From the NCBI RefSeq assembly GCF_009914755.1, contig NC_060940.1: a DNA stretch of 64,000 nt; one strand, written 5' to 3'. A model generated the notes under the pieces. It ran no database searches and was not told the origin of the DNA. It saw only the letters and a list, made by a program, of their open reading frames with translations. Source of the stretch: the human T2T-CHM13v2.0 reference genome, Homo sapiens. This document shows, one piece after another, positions 24,601 through 38,700 of this stretch. How positions within the stretch are numbered: position 1 is the first letter of the stretch; the number at the start of each line of letters is the position of its first letter. A program made the position numbers and the translations under genes.

Positions 24601-27600
24601 GCAGTTAGGAAACACTCTGTTTGTAAAGTCTGCAAGTGGATATTCAGACCTCTTTGAGGCCTTCGTTGGAAACGGGATTTCTTCATATTATGCTAGACAG
24701 ATGAATTCTCAGTAACTTCCTTGTGTTGTGTGTATTCAACTCACAGAGTTGAACGATCCTTTACACAGAGCAGATTTGAAACACTGTTTTTCTGGAATTT
24801 GCAAGTGGAGATTTCAGCCGCTTTGAGGTCAATGGTAGAAAAGGAAATATCTTCGTATAAAAACTAGACAGAATGATTCTCAGAAACTCCTTTGTGATGT
24901 GTGCGTTCAACTCACAGGGTTTAACCTTTCTTTTCACAGAGCAGTTAGGAAACACTCTGTTTGTGAAGCCTGCCAGTGGATATTCGGACCTCTTTGAGGC
25001 CTTCGTTGGAAACGGGATTTCTTCATATTATGCTAGACAGAAGATTTCTCAGTAACTTCTTTGTGTTGTGTGTATGCAACTCACAGAGTTCAACCTTCCT
25101 TTAGACAGAGCAGATTTGAAACACTCTTTTTGTGGAATTTGCAAGTGGAGATTTCAAGCGCTTCGATGCCAATGGTAGAAAAGGAAATATCTTCGTATAA
25201 AAACAAGACAAACTCGTTCCCAGACACTGCGTAGTGATGTGTGTGTTTAACTCACAGAGTTTAACCTTTCTTTTCATACAGCATTCTGGAAACCCTGTGT
25301 TTGTAAAGTCTGCAAGTGGATATTTGGACCTCTTAGATGCCTTCGTTGGAAACGGGATTTCTTCATATAATGCTAGAGGGAAGAATTCTTAGTAACTTCT
25401 TTGTGTTGTGTGTATTCAACTGACAGAGTTGAACCTTCCTTTAGACAGAGCAGATTTGAAAGTCTCTTTTTGTGGAATTTGCAAGTGGAGATTTCAAGCG
25501 CTTTGAGGCCAAAAGCAGAAAAGGAAATATTTTCCTATAAAAACTCGACAGAATCTTTCTCAGAAACTGCTCTGGGATGTGTGCGTTCAACTCACAGAGT
25601 TTAACTTTTCTTTTCATTCAGCAGTTTGGAAACACTCTGTTTGGAAAGTCTGCACGTGGATATTTTGACCTCTTTGAGGCCTTCGTTGGAAACGGGTTTT
25701 TTTCATGTAAGGCTAGACAGAAGAAATCTCAGTAACTTCCTTGTGTTGTGTGTATTCAACTGACAGAGTTGAACCTTCCTTTAGACAGAGCAGATTCGAA
25801 ACACTCTTTTTCTGCAATTTGCAAGTGGAGACTTCAAGCGCTTTGAGGCCAAAGGCAGAAAAGGAAATATCTTCGTATAAAAACCCGACAGAATCATTCT
25901 CAGAAACTGCTCTGTGATGTGTGCGTTCAACTCACAGAGTTTAACTTTTCTTTTCATTCAGCAGTTTGGAAACACTCTGTTTGTAAAGTCTGCAAGTGGA
26001 TATCTTGGCCTCTTAGAGGCCTTCGTTGGAAACGGGTTTTTTCATGTAAGGATAGACACAGGAATTCCCAGTAACTTCCTTGTGTTGTGTGCATTCAACT
26101 CACAGAGTTGAATGATTCTTTACACAGAGCAGTTTTGAGACACTCTTTTGGTGGAATTTGTAAGTGGAGAATTCAGCCGCTTTGAGGTCAACGGTAGAAA
26201 AGGAAATATCTTCGTATAAAAACTAGACAGAATGATTCTCAGAAACTGTTTTGTGATGTGTGCGTTCAACTCACAGAGTTTAACCTTTCTTTTCAAAGAG
26301 CAGTTAGGAAACACTCTGTTTGTAAAGTCTGCAAGAGGATATTCAGACCTCTTTGAGGCCTTCGTTGGAAACGGGATTTCTTCATATTATGCTAGACAGA
26401 TGAATTCTCAGTAACTTCCTTGTGTTGTGTGTATTCAACTCACAGAGTTGAACGATCCTTTACACAGAGCAGATTTGAAACACTGTTTTTCTGGAATTTG
26501 CAAGTGGAGATTTCAGCCGCTTTGAGGTCAATGGTAGAAAAGGAAATATCTTCGTATAAAAACTAGACAGAATGATTCTCAGAAACTCCTTTGTGATGTG
26601 TGCGTTCAACTCACAGAGTTTAACCTTTCTTTTCACAGAGCAGTTAGGAAACACTCTGTTTGTGAAGCCTGCCAGTGGATATTCGGACCTCTTTGAGGCC
26701 TTCGTTGGAAACGGGATTTCTTCATATTATGCTATTCAGAAGATTTCTCAGTAACTTCTTTGTGTTGTGTGTATGCAACTCACAGAGTTCAACCTTCCTT
26801 TAGACAGAGCAGATTTGAAACACTCTTTTTGTGGAATTTGCAAGTGGAGATTTCAAGCGCTTCGATGCCAATGGTAGAAAAGGAAATATCTTCGTATAAA
26901 AACAAGACAAACTCGTTCCCAGACACTGCGTAGTGATGTGTGTGTTTAACTCACAGAGTTTAACCTTTCTTTTCATACAGCATTCTGGAAACCCTGTGTT
27001 TGTAAAGTCTGCAAGTGGATATTTGGACCTCTTAGATGCCTTCGTTGGAAACGGGATTTCTTCATATAATGCTAGAGGGAAGAATTCTTAGTAACTTCTT
27101 TGTGTTGTGTGTATTCAACTGACAGAGTTGAACCTTCCTTTAGACAGAGCAGATTTGAAAGTCTCTTTTTGTGGAATTTGCAAGTGGAGATTTCAAGCGC
27201 TTTGAGGCCAAAAGCAGAAAAGGAAATATTTTCCTATAAAAACTCGACAGAATCTTTCTCAGAAACTGCTCTGGGATGTGTGCGTTCAACTCACAGAGTT
27301 TAACTTTTCTTTTCATTCAGCAGTTTGGAAACACTCTGTTTGGAAAGTCTGCACGTGGATATTTTGACCTCTTTGAGGCCTTCGTTGGAAACGGGTTTTT
27401 TTCATGTAAGGCTAGACAGAAGAAATCTCAGTAACTTCCTTGTGTTGTGTGTATTCAACTGACAGAGTTGAACCTTCCTTTAGACAGAGCAGATTCGAAA
27501 CACTCTTTTTCTGCAATTTGCAAGTGGAGACTTCAAGCGCTTTGAGGCCAAAGGCAGAAAAGGAAATATCTTCGTATAAAAACCCGACAGAATCATTCTC

Positions 27601-30600
27601 AGAAACTGCTCTGTGATGTGTGCGTTCAACTCACAGAGTTTAACTTTTCTTTTCATTCAGCAGTTTGGAAACACTCTGTTTGTAAAGTCTGCAAGTGGAT
27701 ATCTTGGCCTCTTAGAGGCCTTCGTTGGAAACGGGTTTTTTCATGTAAGGATAGACAGAGGAATTCCCAGTAACTTCCTTGTGTTGTGTGCATTCAACTC
27801 ACAGAGTTGAATGATTCTTTACACAGAGCAGATTTGAGACACTCTTTTGGTGGAATTTGTAAGTGGAGAATTCAGCCGCTTTGAGGTCAACGGTAGAAAA
27901 GGAAATATCTTCGTATAAAAACTAGACAGAATGATTCTCAGAAACTGTTTTGTGATGTGTGCGTTCAACTCACAGAGTTTAACCTTTCTTTTCAAAGAGC
28001 AGTTAGGAAACACTCTGTTTGTAAAGTCTGCAAGTGGATATTCAGACCTCTTTGAGGCCTTCGTTGGAAACGGGATTTCTTCATATTATGCTAGACAGAT
28101 GAATTCTCAGTAACTTCCTTGTGTTGTGTGTATTCAACTCACAGAGTTGAACGATCCTTTACACAGAGCAGATTTGAAACACTGTTTTTCTGGAATTTGC
28201 AAGTGGAGATTTCAGCCGCTTTGAGGTCAATGGTAGAAAAGGAAATATCTTCGTATAAAAACTAGACAGAATGATTCTCAGAAACTCCTTTGTGATGTGT
28301 GCGTTCAACTCACAGAGTTTAACCTTTCTTTTCACAGAGCAGTTAGGAAACACTCTGTTTGTGAAGCCTGCCAGTGGATATTCGGACCTCTTTGAGGCCT
28401 TCGTTGGAAACGGGATTTCTTCATATTATGCTAGACAGAAGATTTCTCAGTAACTTCTTTGTGTTGTGTGTATGCAACTCACAGAGTTCAACCTTCCTTT
28501 AGACAGAGCAGATTTGAAACACTCTTTTTGTGGAATTTGCAAGTGGAGATTTCAAGCGCTTCGATGCCAATGGTAGAAAAGGAAATATCTTCGTATAAAA
28601 ACAAGACAAACTCGTTCCCAGACACTGCGTAGTGATGTGTGTGTTTAACTCACAGAGTTTAACCTTTCTTTTCATACAGCATTCTGGAAACCCTCTGTTT
28701 GTAAAGTCTGCAAGTGGATATTTGGACCTCTTAGATGCCTTCGTTGGAAACGGGATTTCTTCATATAATGCTAGAGGGAAGAATTCTTAGTAACTTCTTT
28801 GTGTTGTGTGTATTCAACTGACAGAGTTGAACCTTCCTTTAGACAGAGCAGATTTGAAAGTCTCTTTTTGTGGAATTTGCAAGTGGAGATTTCAAGCGCT
28901 TTGAGGCCAAAAGCAGAAAAGGAAATATTTTCCTATAAAAACTCGACAGAATCTTTCTCAGAAACTGCTCTGTGATGTGTGCGTTCAACTCACAGAGTTT
29001 AACTTTTCTTTTCATTCAGCAGTTTGGAAACACTCTGTTTGGAAAGTCTGCACGTGGATATTTTGACCTCTTTGAGGCCTTCGTTGGAAACGGGTTTTTT
29101 TCATGTAAGGCTAGACAGAAGAAATCTCAGTAACTTCCTTGTGTTGTGTGTATTCAACTGACAGAGTTGAACCTTCCTTTAGACAGAGCAGATTCGAAAC
29201 ACTCTTTTTCTGCAATTTGCAAGTGGAGACTTCAAGCGCTTTGAGGCCAAAGGCAGAAAAGGAAATATCTTCGTATAAAAACCCGACAGAATCATTCTCA
29301 GAAACTGCTCTGTGATGTGTGCGTTCAACTCACAGAGTTTAACTTTTCTTTTCATTCAGCAGTTTGGAAACACTCTGTTTGTAAAGTCTGCAAGTGGATA
29401 TCTTGGCCTCTTAGAGGCCTTCGTTGGAAACGGGTTTTTTCATGTAAGGTTAGACAGAGGAATTCCCAGTAACTTCCTTGTGTTGTGTGCATTCAACTCA
29501 CAGAGTTGAATGATTCTTTACACAGAGCAGATTTGAGACACTCTTTTGGTGGAATTTGTAAGTGGAGAATTCAGCCGCTTTGAGGTCAACGGTAGAAAAG
29601 GAAATATCTTCGTATAAAAACTAGACAGAATGATTCTCAGAAACTGTTTTGTGATGTGTGCGTTCAACTCACAGAGTTTAACCTTTCTTTTCAAAGAGCA
29701 GTTAGGAATCACTCTGTTTGTAAAGTCTGCAAGTGGATATTCAGACCTCTTTGAGGCCTTCGTTGGAAACGGGATTTCTTCATATTATGCTAGACAGATG
29801 AATTCTCAGTAACTTCCTTGTGTTGTGTGTATTCAACTCACAGAGTTGAACGATCCTTTACACAGAGCAGATTTGAAACACTGTTTTTCTGGAATTTGCA
29901 AGTGGAGATTTCAGCCGCTTTGAGGTCAATGGTAGAAAAGGAAATATCTTCGTATAAAAACTAGACAGAATGATTCTCAGAAACTCCTTTGTGATGTGTG
30001 CGTTCAACTCACAGAGTTTAACCTTTCTTTTCACAGAGCAGTTAGGAAACACTCTGTTTGTGAAGCCTGCCAGTGGATATTCGGACCTCTTTGAGGCCTT
30101 CGTTGGAAACGGGATTTCTTCATATTATGCTAGACAGAAGATTTCTCAGTAACTTCTTTGTGTTGTGTGTATGCAACTCACAGAGTTCAACCTTCCTTTA
30201 GACAGAGCAGATTTGAAACACTCTTTTTGTGGAATTTGCAAGTGGAGATTTCAAGCGCTTCGATGCCAATGGTAGAAAAGGAAATATCTTCGTATAAAAA
30301 CAAGACAAACTCGTTCCCAGACACTGCGTAGTGATGTGTGTGTTTAACTGACAGAGTTTAACCTTTCTTTTCATACAGCATTCTGGAAACCCTGTGTTTG
30401 TAAAGTCTGCAAGTGGATATTTGGACCTCTTAGATGCCTTCGTTGGAAACGGGATTTCTTCATATAATGCTAGAGGGAAGAATTCTTAGTAACTTCTTTG
30501 TGTTGTGTGTATTCAACTGACAGAGTTGAACCTTCCTTTAGACAGAGCAGATTTGAAAGTCTCTTTTTGTGGAATTTGCAAGTGGAGATTTCAAGCGCTT

Positions 30601-33600
30601 TGAGGCCAAAAGCAGAAAAGGAAATATTTTCCTATAAAAACTCGACAGAATCTTTCTCAGAAACTGCTCTGGGATGTGTGCGTTCAACTCACAGAGTTTA
30701 ACTTTTCTTTTCATTCAGCAGTTTGGAAACACTCTGTTTGGAAAGTCTGCACGTGGATATTTTGACCTCTTTGAGGCCTTCGTTGGAAACGGGTTTTTTT
30801 CATGTAAGGCTAGACAGAAGAAATCTCAGTAACTTCCTTGTGTTGTGTGTATTCAACTGACAGAGTTGAACCTTCCTTTAGACAGAGCAGATTCGAAACA
30901 CTCTTTTTCTGCAATTTGCAAGTGGAGACTTCAAGCGCTTTGAGGCCAAAGGCAGAAAAGGAAATATCTTCGTATAAAAACCCGACAGAATCATTCTCAG
31001 AAACTGCTCTGTGATGTGTGCGTTCAACTCACAGAGTTTAACTTTTCTTTTCATTCAGCAGTTTGGAAACACTCTGTTTGTAAAGTCTGCAAGTGGATAT
31101 CTTGGCCTCTTAGAGGCCTTCGTTGGAAACGGGTTTTTTCATGTAAGGATAGACAGAGGAATTCCCAGTAACTTCCTTGTGTTGTGTGCATTCAACTCAC
31201 AGAGTTGAATGATTCTTTACACAGAGCAGATTTGAGACACTCTTTGGGTGGAATTTGTAAGTGGAGAATTCAGCCGCTTTGAGGTCAACGGTAGAAAAGG
31301 AAATATCTTCGTATAAAAACTAGACAGAATGATTCTCAGAAACTGTTTTGTGATGTGTGCGTTCAACTCACAGAGTTTAACCTTTCTTTTCAAAGAGCAG
31401 TTAGGAAACACTCTGTTTGTAAAGTCTGCAAGTGGATATTCAGACCTCTTTGAGGCCTTCGTTGGAAACGGGATTTCTTCATATTATGCTAGACAGATGA
31501 ATTCTCAGTAACTTCCTTGTGTTGTGTGTATTCAACTCACAGAGTTGAACGATCCTTTACACAGAGCAGATTTGAAACACTGTTTTTCTGGAAATTGCAA
31601 GTGGAGATTTCAGCCGCTTTGAGGTCAATGGTAGAAAAGGAAATATCTTCGTATAAAAACTAGACAGAATGATTCTCAGAAACTCCTTTGTGATGTGTGC
31701 GTTCAACTCACAGGGTTTAACCTTTCTTTTCACAGAGCAGTTAGGAAACACTCTGTTTGTGAAGCCTGCCAGTGGATATTCGGACCTCTTTGAGGCCTTC
31801 GTTGGAAACGGGATTTCTTCATATTATGCTAGACAGAAGATTTCTCAGTAACTTCTTTGTGTTGTGTGTATGCAACTCACAGAGTTCAACCTTCCTTTAG
31901 ACAGAGCAGATTTGAAACACTCTTTTTGTGGAATTTGCAAGTGGAGATTTCAAGCGCTTCGATGCCAATGGTAGAAAAGGAAATATCTTCGTATAAAAAC
32001 AAGACAAACTCGTTCCCAGACACTGCGTAGTGATGTGTGTGTTTAACTGACAGAGTTTAACCTTTCTTTTCATACAGCATTCTGGAAACCCTGTGTTTGT
32101 AAAGTCTGCAAGTGGATATTTGGACCTCTTAGATGCCTTCGTTGGAAACGGGATTTCTTCATATAATGCTAGAGGGAAGAATTCTTAGTAACTTCTTTGT
32201 GTTGTGTGTATTCAACTGACAGAGTTGAACCTTCCTTTAGACAGAGCAGATTTGAAAGTCTCTTTTTGTGGAATTTGCAAGTGGAGATTTCAAGCGCTTT
32301 GAGGCCAAAAGCAGAAAAGGAAATATTTTCCTATAAAAACTCGACAGAATCTTTCTCAGAAACTGCTCTGGGATGTGTGCGTTCAACTCACAGAGTTTAA
32401 CTTTTCTTTTCATTCAGCAGTTTGGAAACACTCTGTTTGGAAAGTCTGCACGTGGATATTTTGACCTCTTTGAGGCCTTCGTTGGAAACGGGTTTTTTTC
32501 ATGTAAGGCTAGACAGAAGAAATCTCAGTAACTTCCTTGTGTTGTGTGTATTCAACTGACAGAGTTGAACCTTCCTTTAGACAGAGCAGATTCGAAACAC
32601 TCTTTTTCTGCAATTTGCAAGTGGAGACTTCAAGCGCTTTGAGGCCAAAGGCAGAAAAGGAAATATCTTCGTATAAAAACCCGACAGAATCATTCTCAGA
32701 AACTGCTCTGTGATGTGTGCGTTCAACTCACAGAGTTTAACTTTTCTTTTCATTCAGCAGTTTGGAAACACTCTGTTTGTAAAGTCTGCAAGTGGATATC
32801 TTGGCCTCTTAGAGGCCTTCGTTGGAAACGGGTTTTTTCATGTAAGGTTAGACAGAGGAATTCCCAGTAACTTCCTTGTGTTGTGTGCATTCAACTCACA
32901 GAGTTGAATGATTCTTTACACAGAGCAGTTTTGAGACACTCTTTTGGTGGAATTTGTAAGTGGAGAATTCAGCCGCTTTGAGGTCAACGGTAGAAAAGGA
33001 AATATCTTCGTATAAAAACTAGACAGAATGATTCTCAGAAACTGTTTTGTGATGTGTGCGTTCAACTCACAGAGTTTAACCTTTCTTTTCAAAGAGCAGT
33101 TAGGAAACACTCTGTTTGTAAAGTCTGCAAGTGGATATTCAGACCTCTTTGAGGCCTTCGTTGGAAACGGGATTTCTTCATATTATGCTAGACAGATGAA
33201 TTCTCAGTAACTTCCTTGTGTTGTGTGTATTCAACTCACAGAGTTGAACGATCCTTTACACAGAGCAGATTTGAAACACTGTTTTTCTGGAATTTGCAAG
33301 TGGAGATTTCAGCCGCTTTGAGGTCAATGGTAGAAAAGGAAATATCTTCGTATAAAAACTAGACAGAATGATTCTCAGAAACTCCTTTGTGATGTGTGCG
33401 TTCAACTCACAGGGTTTAACCTTTCTTTTCACAGAGCAGTTAGGAAACACTCTGTTTGTGAAGCCTGCCAGTGGATATTCGGACCTCTTTGAGGCCTTCG
33501 TTGGAAACGGGATTTCTTCATATTATGCTAGACAGAAGATTTCTCAGTAACTTCTTTGTGTTGTGTGTATGCAACTCACAGAGTTCAACCTTCCTTTAGA

Positions 33601-36600
33601 CAGAGCAGATTTGAAACACTCTTTTTGTGGAATTTGCAAGTGGAGATTTCAAGCGCTTCGATGCCAATGGTAGAAAAGGAAATATCTTCGTATAAAAACA
33701 AGACAAACTCGTTCCCAGACACTGCGTAGTGATGTGTGTGTTTAACTGACAGAGTTTAACCTTTCTTTTCATACAGCATTCTGGAAACCCTGTGTTTGTA
33801 AAGTCTGCAAGTGGATATTTGGACCTCTTAGATGCCTTCGTTGGAAACGGGATTTCTTCATATAATGCTAGAGGGAAGAATTCTTAGTAACTTCTTTGTG
33901 TTGTGTGTATTCAACTGACAGAGTTGAACCTTCCTTTAGACAGAGCAGATTTGAAAGTCTCTTTTTGTGGAATTTGCAAGTGGAGATTTCAAGCGCTTTG
34001 AGGCCAAAAGCAGAAAAGGAAATATTTTCCTATAAAAACTCGACAGAATCTTTCTCAGAAACTGCTCTGGGATGTGTGCGTTCAACTCACAGAGTTTAAC
34101 TTTTCTTTTCATTCAGCAGTTTGGAAACACTCTGTTTGGAAAGTCTGCACGTGGATATTTTGACCTCTTTGAGGCCTTCGTTGGAAACGGGTTTTTTTCA
34201 TGTAAGGCTAGACAGAAGAAATCTCAGTAACTTCCTTGTGTTGTGTGTATTCAACTGACAGAGTTGAACCTTCCTTTAGACAGAGCAGATTCGAAACACT
34301 CTTTTTCTGCAATTTGCAAGTGGAGACTTCAAGCGCTTTGAGGCCAAAGGCAGAAAAGGAAATATCTTCGTATAAAAACCCGACAGAATCATTCTCAGAA
34401 ACTGCTCTGTGATGTGTGCGTTCAACTCACAGAGTTTAACTTTTCTTTTCATTCAGCAGTTTGGAAACACTCTGTTTGTAAAGTCTGCAAGTGGATATCT
34501 TGGCCTCTTAGAGGCCTTCGTTGGAAACGGGTTTTTTCATGTAAGGATAGACACAGGAATTCCCAGTAACTTCCTTGTGTTGTGTGCATTCAACTCACAG
34601 AGTTGAATGATTCTTTACACAGAGCAGTTTTGAGACACTCTTTTGGTGGAATTTGTAAGTGGAGAATTCAGCCGCTTTGAGGTCAACGGTAGAAAAGGAA
34701 ATATCTTCGTATAAAAACTAGACAGAATGATTCTCAGAAACTGTTTTGTGATGTGTGCGTTCAACTCACAGAGTTTAACCTTTCTTTTCAAAGAGCAGTT
34801 AGGAAACACTCTGTTTGTAAAGTCTGCAAGAGGATATTCAGACCTCTTTGAGGCCTTCGTTGGAAACGGGATTTCTTCATATTATGCTAGACAGATGAAT
34901 TCTCAGTAACTTCCTTGTGTTGTGTGTATTCAACTCACAGAGTTGAACGATCCTTTACACAGAGCAGATTTGAAACACTGTTTTTCTGGAATTTGCAAGT
35001 GGAGATTTCAGCCGCTTTGAGGTCAATGGTAGAAAAGGAAATATCTTCGTATAAAAACTAGACAGAATGATTCTCAGAAACTCCTTTGTGATGTGTGCGT
35101 TCAACTCACAGAGTTTAACCTTTCTTTTCACAGAGCAGTTAGGAAACACTCTGTTTGTGAAGCCTGCCAGTGGATATTCGGACCTCTTTGAGGCCTTCGT
35201 TGGAAACGGGATTTCTTCATATTATGCTATTCAGAAGATTTCTCAGTAACTTCTTTGTGTTGTGTGTATGGAACTCACAGAGTTCAACCTTCCTTTAGAC
35301 AGAGCAGATTTGAAACACTCTTTTTGTGGAATTTGCAAGTGGAGATTTCAAGCGCTTCGATGCCAATGGTAGAAAAGGAAATATCTTCGTATAAAAACAA
35401 GACAAACTCGTTCCCAGACACTGCGTAGTGATGTGTGTGTTTAACTCACAGAGTTTAACCTTTCTTTTCATACAGCATTCTGGAAACCCTGTGTTTGTAA
35501 AGTCTGCAAGTGGATATTTGGACCTCTTAGATGCCTTCGTTGGAAACGGGATTTCTTCATATAATGCTAGAGGGAAGAATTCTTAGTAACTTCTTTGTGT
35601 TGTGTGTATTCAACTGACAGAGTTGAACCTTCCTTTAGACAGAGCAGATTTGAAAGTCTCTTTTTGTGGAATTTGCAAGTGGAGATTTCAAGCGCTTTGA
35701 GGCCAAAAGCAGAAAAGGAAATATTTTCCTATAAAAACTCGACAGAATCTTTCTCAGAAACTGCTCTGGGATGTGTGCGTTCAACTCACAGAGTTTAACT
35801 TTTCTTTTCATTCAGCAGTTTGGAAACACTCTGTTTGGAAAGTCTGCACGTGGATATTTTGACCTCTTTGAGGCCTTCGTTGGAAACGGGTTTTTTTCAT
35901 GTAAGGCTAGACAGAAGAAATCTCAGTAACTTCCTTGTGTTGTGTGTATTCAACTGACAGAGTTGAACCTTCCTTTAGACAGAGCAGATTCGAAACACTC
36001 TTTTTCTGCAATTTGCAAGTGGAGACTTCAAGCGCTTTGAGGCCAAAGGCAGAAAAGGAAATATCTTCGTATAAAAACCCGACAGAATCATTCTCAGAAA
36101 CTGCTCTGTGATGTGTGCGTTCAACTCACAGAGTTTAACTTTTCTTTTCATTCAGCAGTTTGGAAACACTCTGTTTGTAAAGTCTGCAAGTGGATATCTT
36201 GGCCTCTTAGAGGCCTTCGTTGGAAACGGGTTTTTTCATGTAAGGATAGACAGAGGAATTCCCAGTAACTTCCTTGTGTTGTGTGCATTCAACTCACAGA
36301 GTTGAATGATTCTTTACACAGAGCAGATTTGAGACACTCTTTTGGTGGAATTTGTAAGTGGAGAATTCAGCCGCTTTGAGGTCAACGGTAGAAAAGGAAA
36401 TATCTTCGTATAAAAACTAGACAGAATGATTCTCAGAAACTGTTTTGTGATGTGTGCGTTCAACTCACAGAGTTTAACCTTTCTTTTCAAAGAGCAGTTA
36501 GGAAACACTCTGTTTGTAAAGTCTGCAAGTGGATATTCAGACCTCTTTGAGGCCTTCGTTGGAAACGGGATTTCTTCATATTATGCTAGACAGATGAATT

Positions 36601-38700
36601 CTCAGTAACTTCCTTGTGTTGTGTGTATTCAACTCACAGAGTTGAACGATCCTTTACACAGAGCAGATTTGAAACACTGTTTTTCTGGAATTTGCAAGTG
36701 GAGATTTCAGCCGCTTTGAGGTCAATGGTAGAAAAGGAAATATCTTCGTATAAAAACTAGACAGAATGATTCTCAGAAACTCCTTTGTGATGTGTGCGTT
36801 CAACTCACAGAGTTTAACCTTTCTTTTCACAGAGCAGTTAGGAAACACTCTGTTTGTGAAGCCTGCCAGTGGATATTCGGACCTCTTTGAGGCCTTCGTT
36901 GGAAACGGGATTTCTTCATATTATGCTAGACAGAAGATTTCTCAGTAACTTCTTTGTGTTGTGTGTATGCAACTCACAGAGTTCAACCTTCCTTTAGACA
37001 GAGCAGATTTGAAACACTCTTTTTGTGGAATTTGCAAGTGGAGATTTCAAGCGCTTCGATGCCAATGGTAGAAAAGGAAATATCTTCGTATAAAAACAAG
37101 ACAAACTCGTTCCCAGACACTGCGTAGTGATGTGTGTGTTTAACTCACAGAGTTTAACCTTTCTTTTCATACAGCATTCTGGAAACCCTCTGTTTGTAAA
37201 GTCTGCAAGTGGATATTTGGACCTCTTAGATGCCTTCGTTGGAAACGGGATTTCTTCATATAATGCTAGAGGGAAGAATTCTTAGTAACTTCTTTGTGTT
37301 GTGTGTATTCAACTGACAGAGTTGAACCTTCCTTTAGACAGAGCAGATTTGAAAGTCTCTTTTTGTGGAATTTGCAAGTGGAGATTTCAAGCGCTTTGAG
37401 GCCAAAAGCAGAAAAGGAAATATTTTCCTATAAAAACTCGACAGAATCTTTCTCAGAAACTGCTCTGTGATGTGTGCGTTCAACTCACAGAGTTTAACTT
37501 TTCTTTTCATTCAGCAGTTTGGAAACACTCTGTTTGGAAAGTCTGCACGTGGATATTTTGACCTCTTTGAGGCCTTCGTTGGAAACGGGTTTTTTTCATG
37601 TAAGGCTAGACAGAAGAAATCTCAGTAACTTCCTTGTGTTGTGTGTATTCAACTGACAGAGTTGAACCTTCCTTTAGACAGAGCAGATTCGAAACACTCT
37701 TTTTCTGCAATTTGCAAGTGGAGACTTCAAGCGCTTTGAGGCCAAAGGCAGAAAAGGAAATATCTTCGTATAAAAACCCGACAGAATCATTCTCAGAAAC
37801 TGCTCTGTGATGTGTGCGTTCAACTCACAGAGTTTAACTTTTCTTTTCATTCAGCAGTTTGGAAACACTCTGTTTGTAAAGTCTGCAAGTGGATATCTTG
37901 GCCTCTTAGAGGCCTTCGTTGGAAACGGGTTTTTTCATGTAAGGTTAGACAGAGGAATTCCCAGTAACTTCCTTGTGTTGTGTGCATTCAACTCACAGAG
38001 TTGAATGATTCTTTACACAGAGCAGATTTGAGACACTCTTTTGGTGGAATTTGTAAGTGGAGAATTCAGCCGCTTTGAGGTCAACGGTAGAAAAGGAAAT
38101 ATCTTCGTATAAAAACTAGACAGAATGATTCTCAGAAACTGTTTTGTGATGTGTGCGTTCAACTCACAGAGTTTAACCTTTCTTTTCAAAGAGCAGTTAG
38201 GAATCACTCTGTTTGTAAAGTCTGCAAGTGGATATTCAGACCTCTTTGAGGCCTTCGTTGGAAACGGGATTTCTTCATATTATGCTAGACAGATGAATTC
38301 TCAGTAACTTCCTTGTGTTGTGTGTATTCAACTCACAGAGTTGAACGATCCTTTACACAGAGCAGATTTGAAACACTGTTTTTCTGGAATTTGCAAGTGG
38401 AGATTTCAGCCGCTTTGAGGTCAATGGTAGAAAAGGAAATATCTTCGTATAAAAACTAGACAGAATGATTCTCAGAAACTCCTTTGTGATGTGTGCGTTC
38501 AACTCACAGAGTTTAACCTTTCTTTTCACAGAGCAGTTAGGAAACACTCTGTTTGTGAAGCCTGCCAGTGGATATTCGGACCTCTTTGAGGCCTTCGTTG
38601 GAAACGGGATTTCTTCATATTATGCTAGACAGAAGATTTCTCAGTAACTTCTTTGTGTTGTGTGTATGCAACTCACAGAGTTCAACCTTCCTTTAGACAG
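21700..38700 (+). repeat. Tandem duplication of a 5-HOR block (period 8,495 bp); boundaries approximate
   Basis: The order of diagnostic variants in U14-U18 is repeated in U19-U23. Confidence 0.8.
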
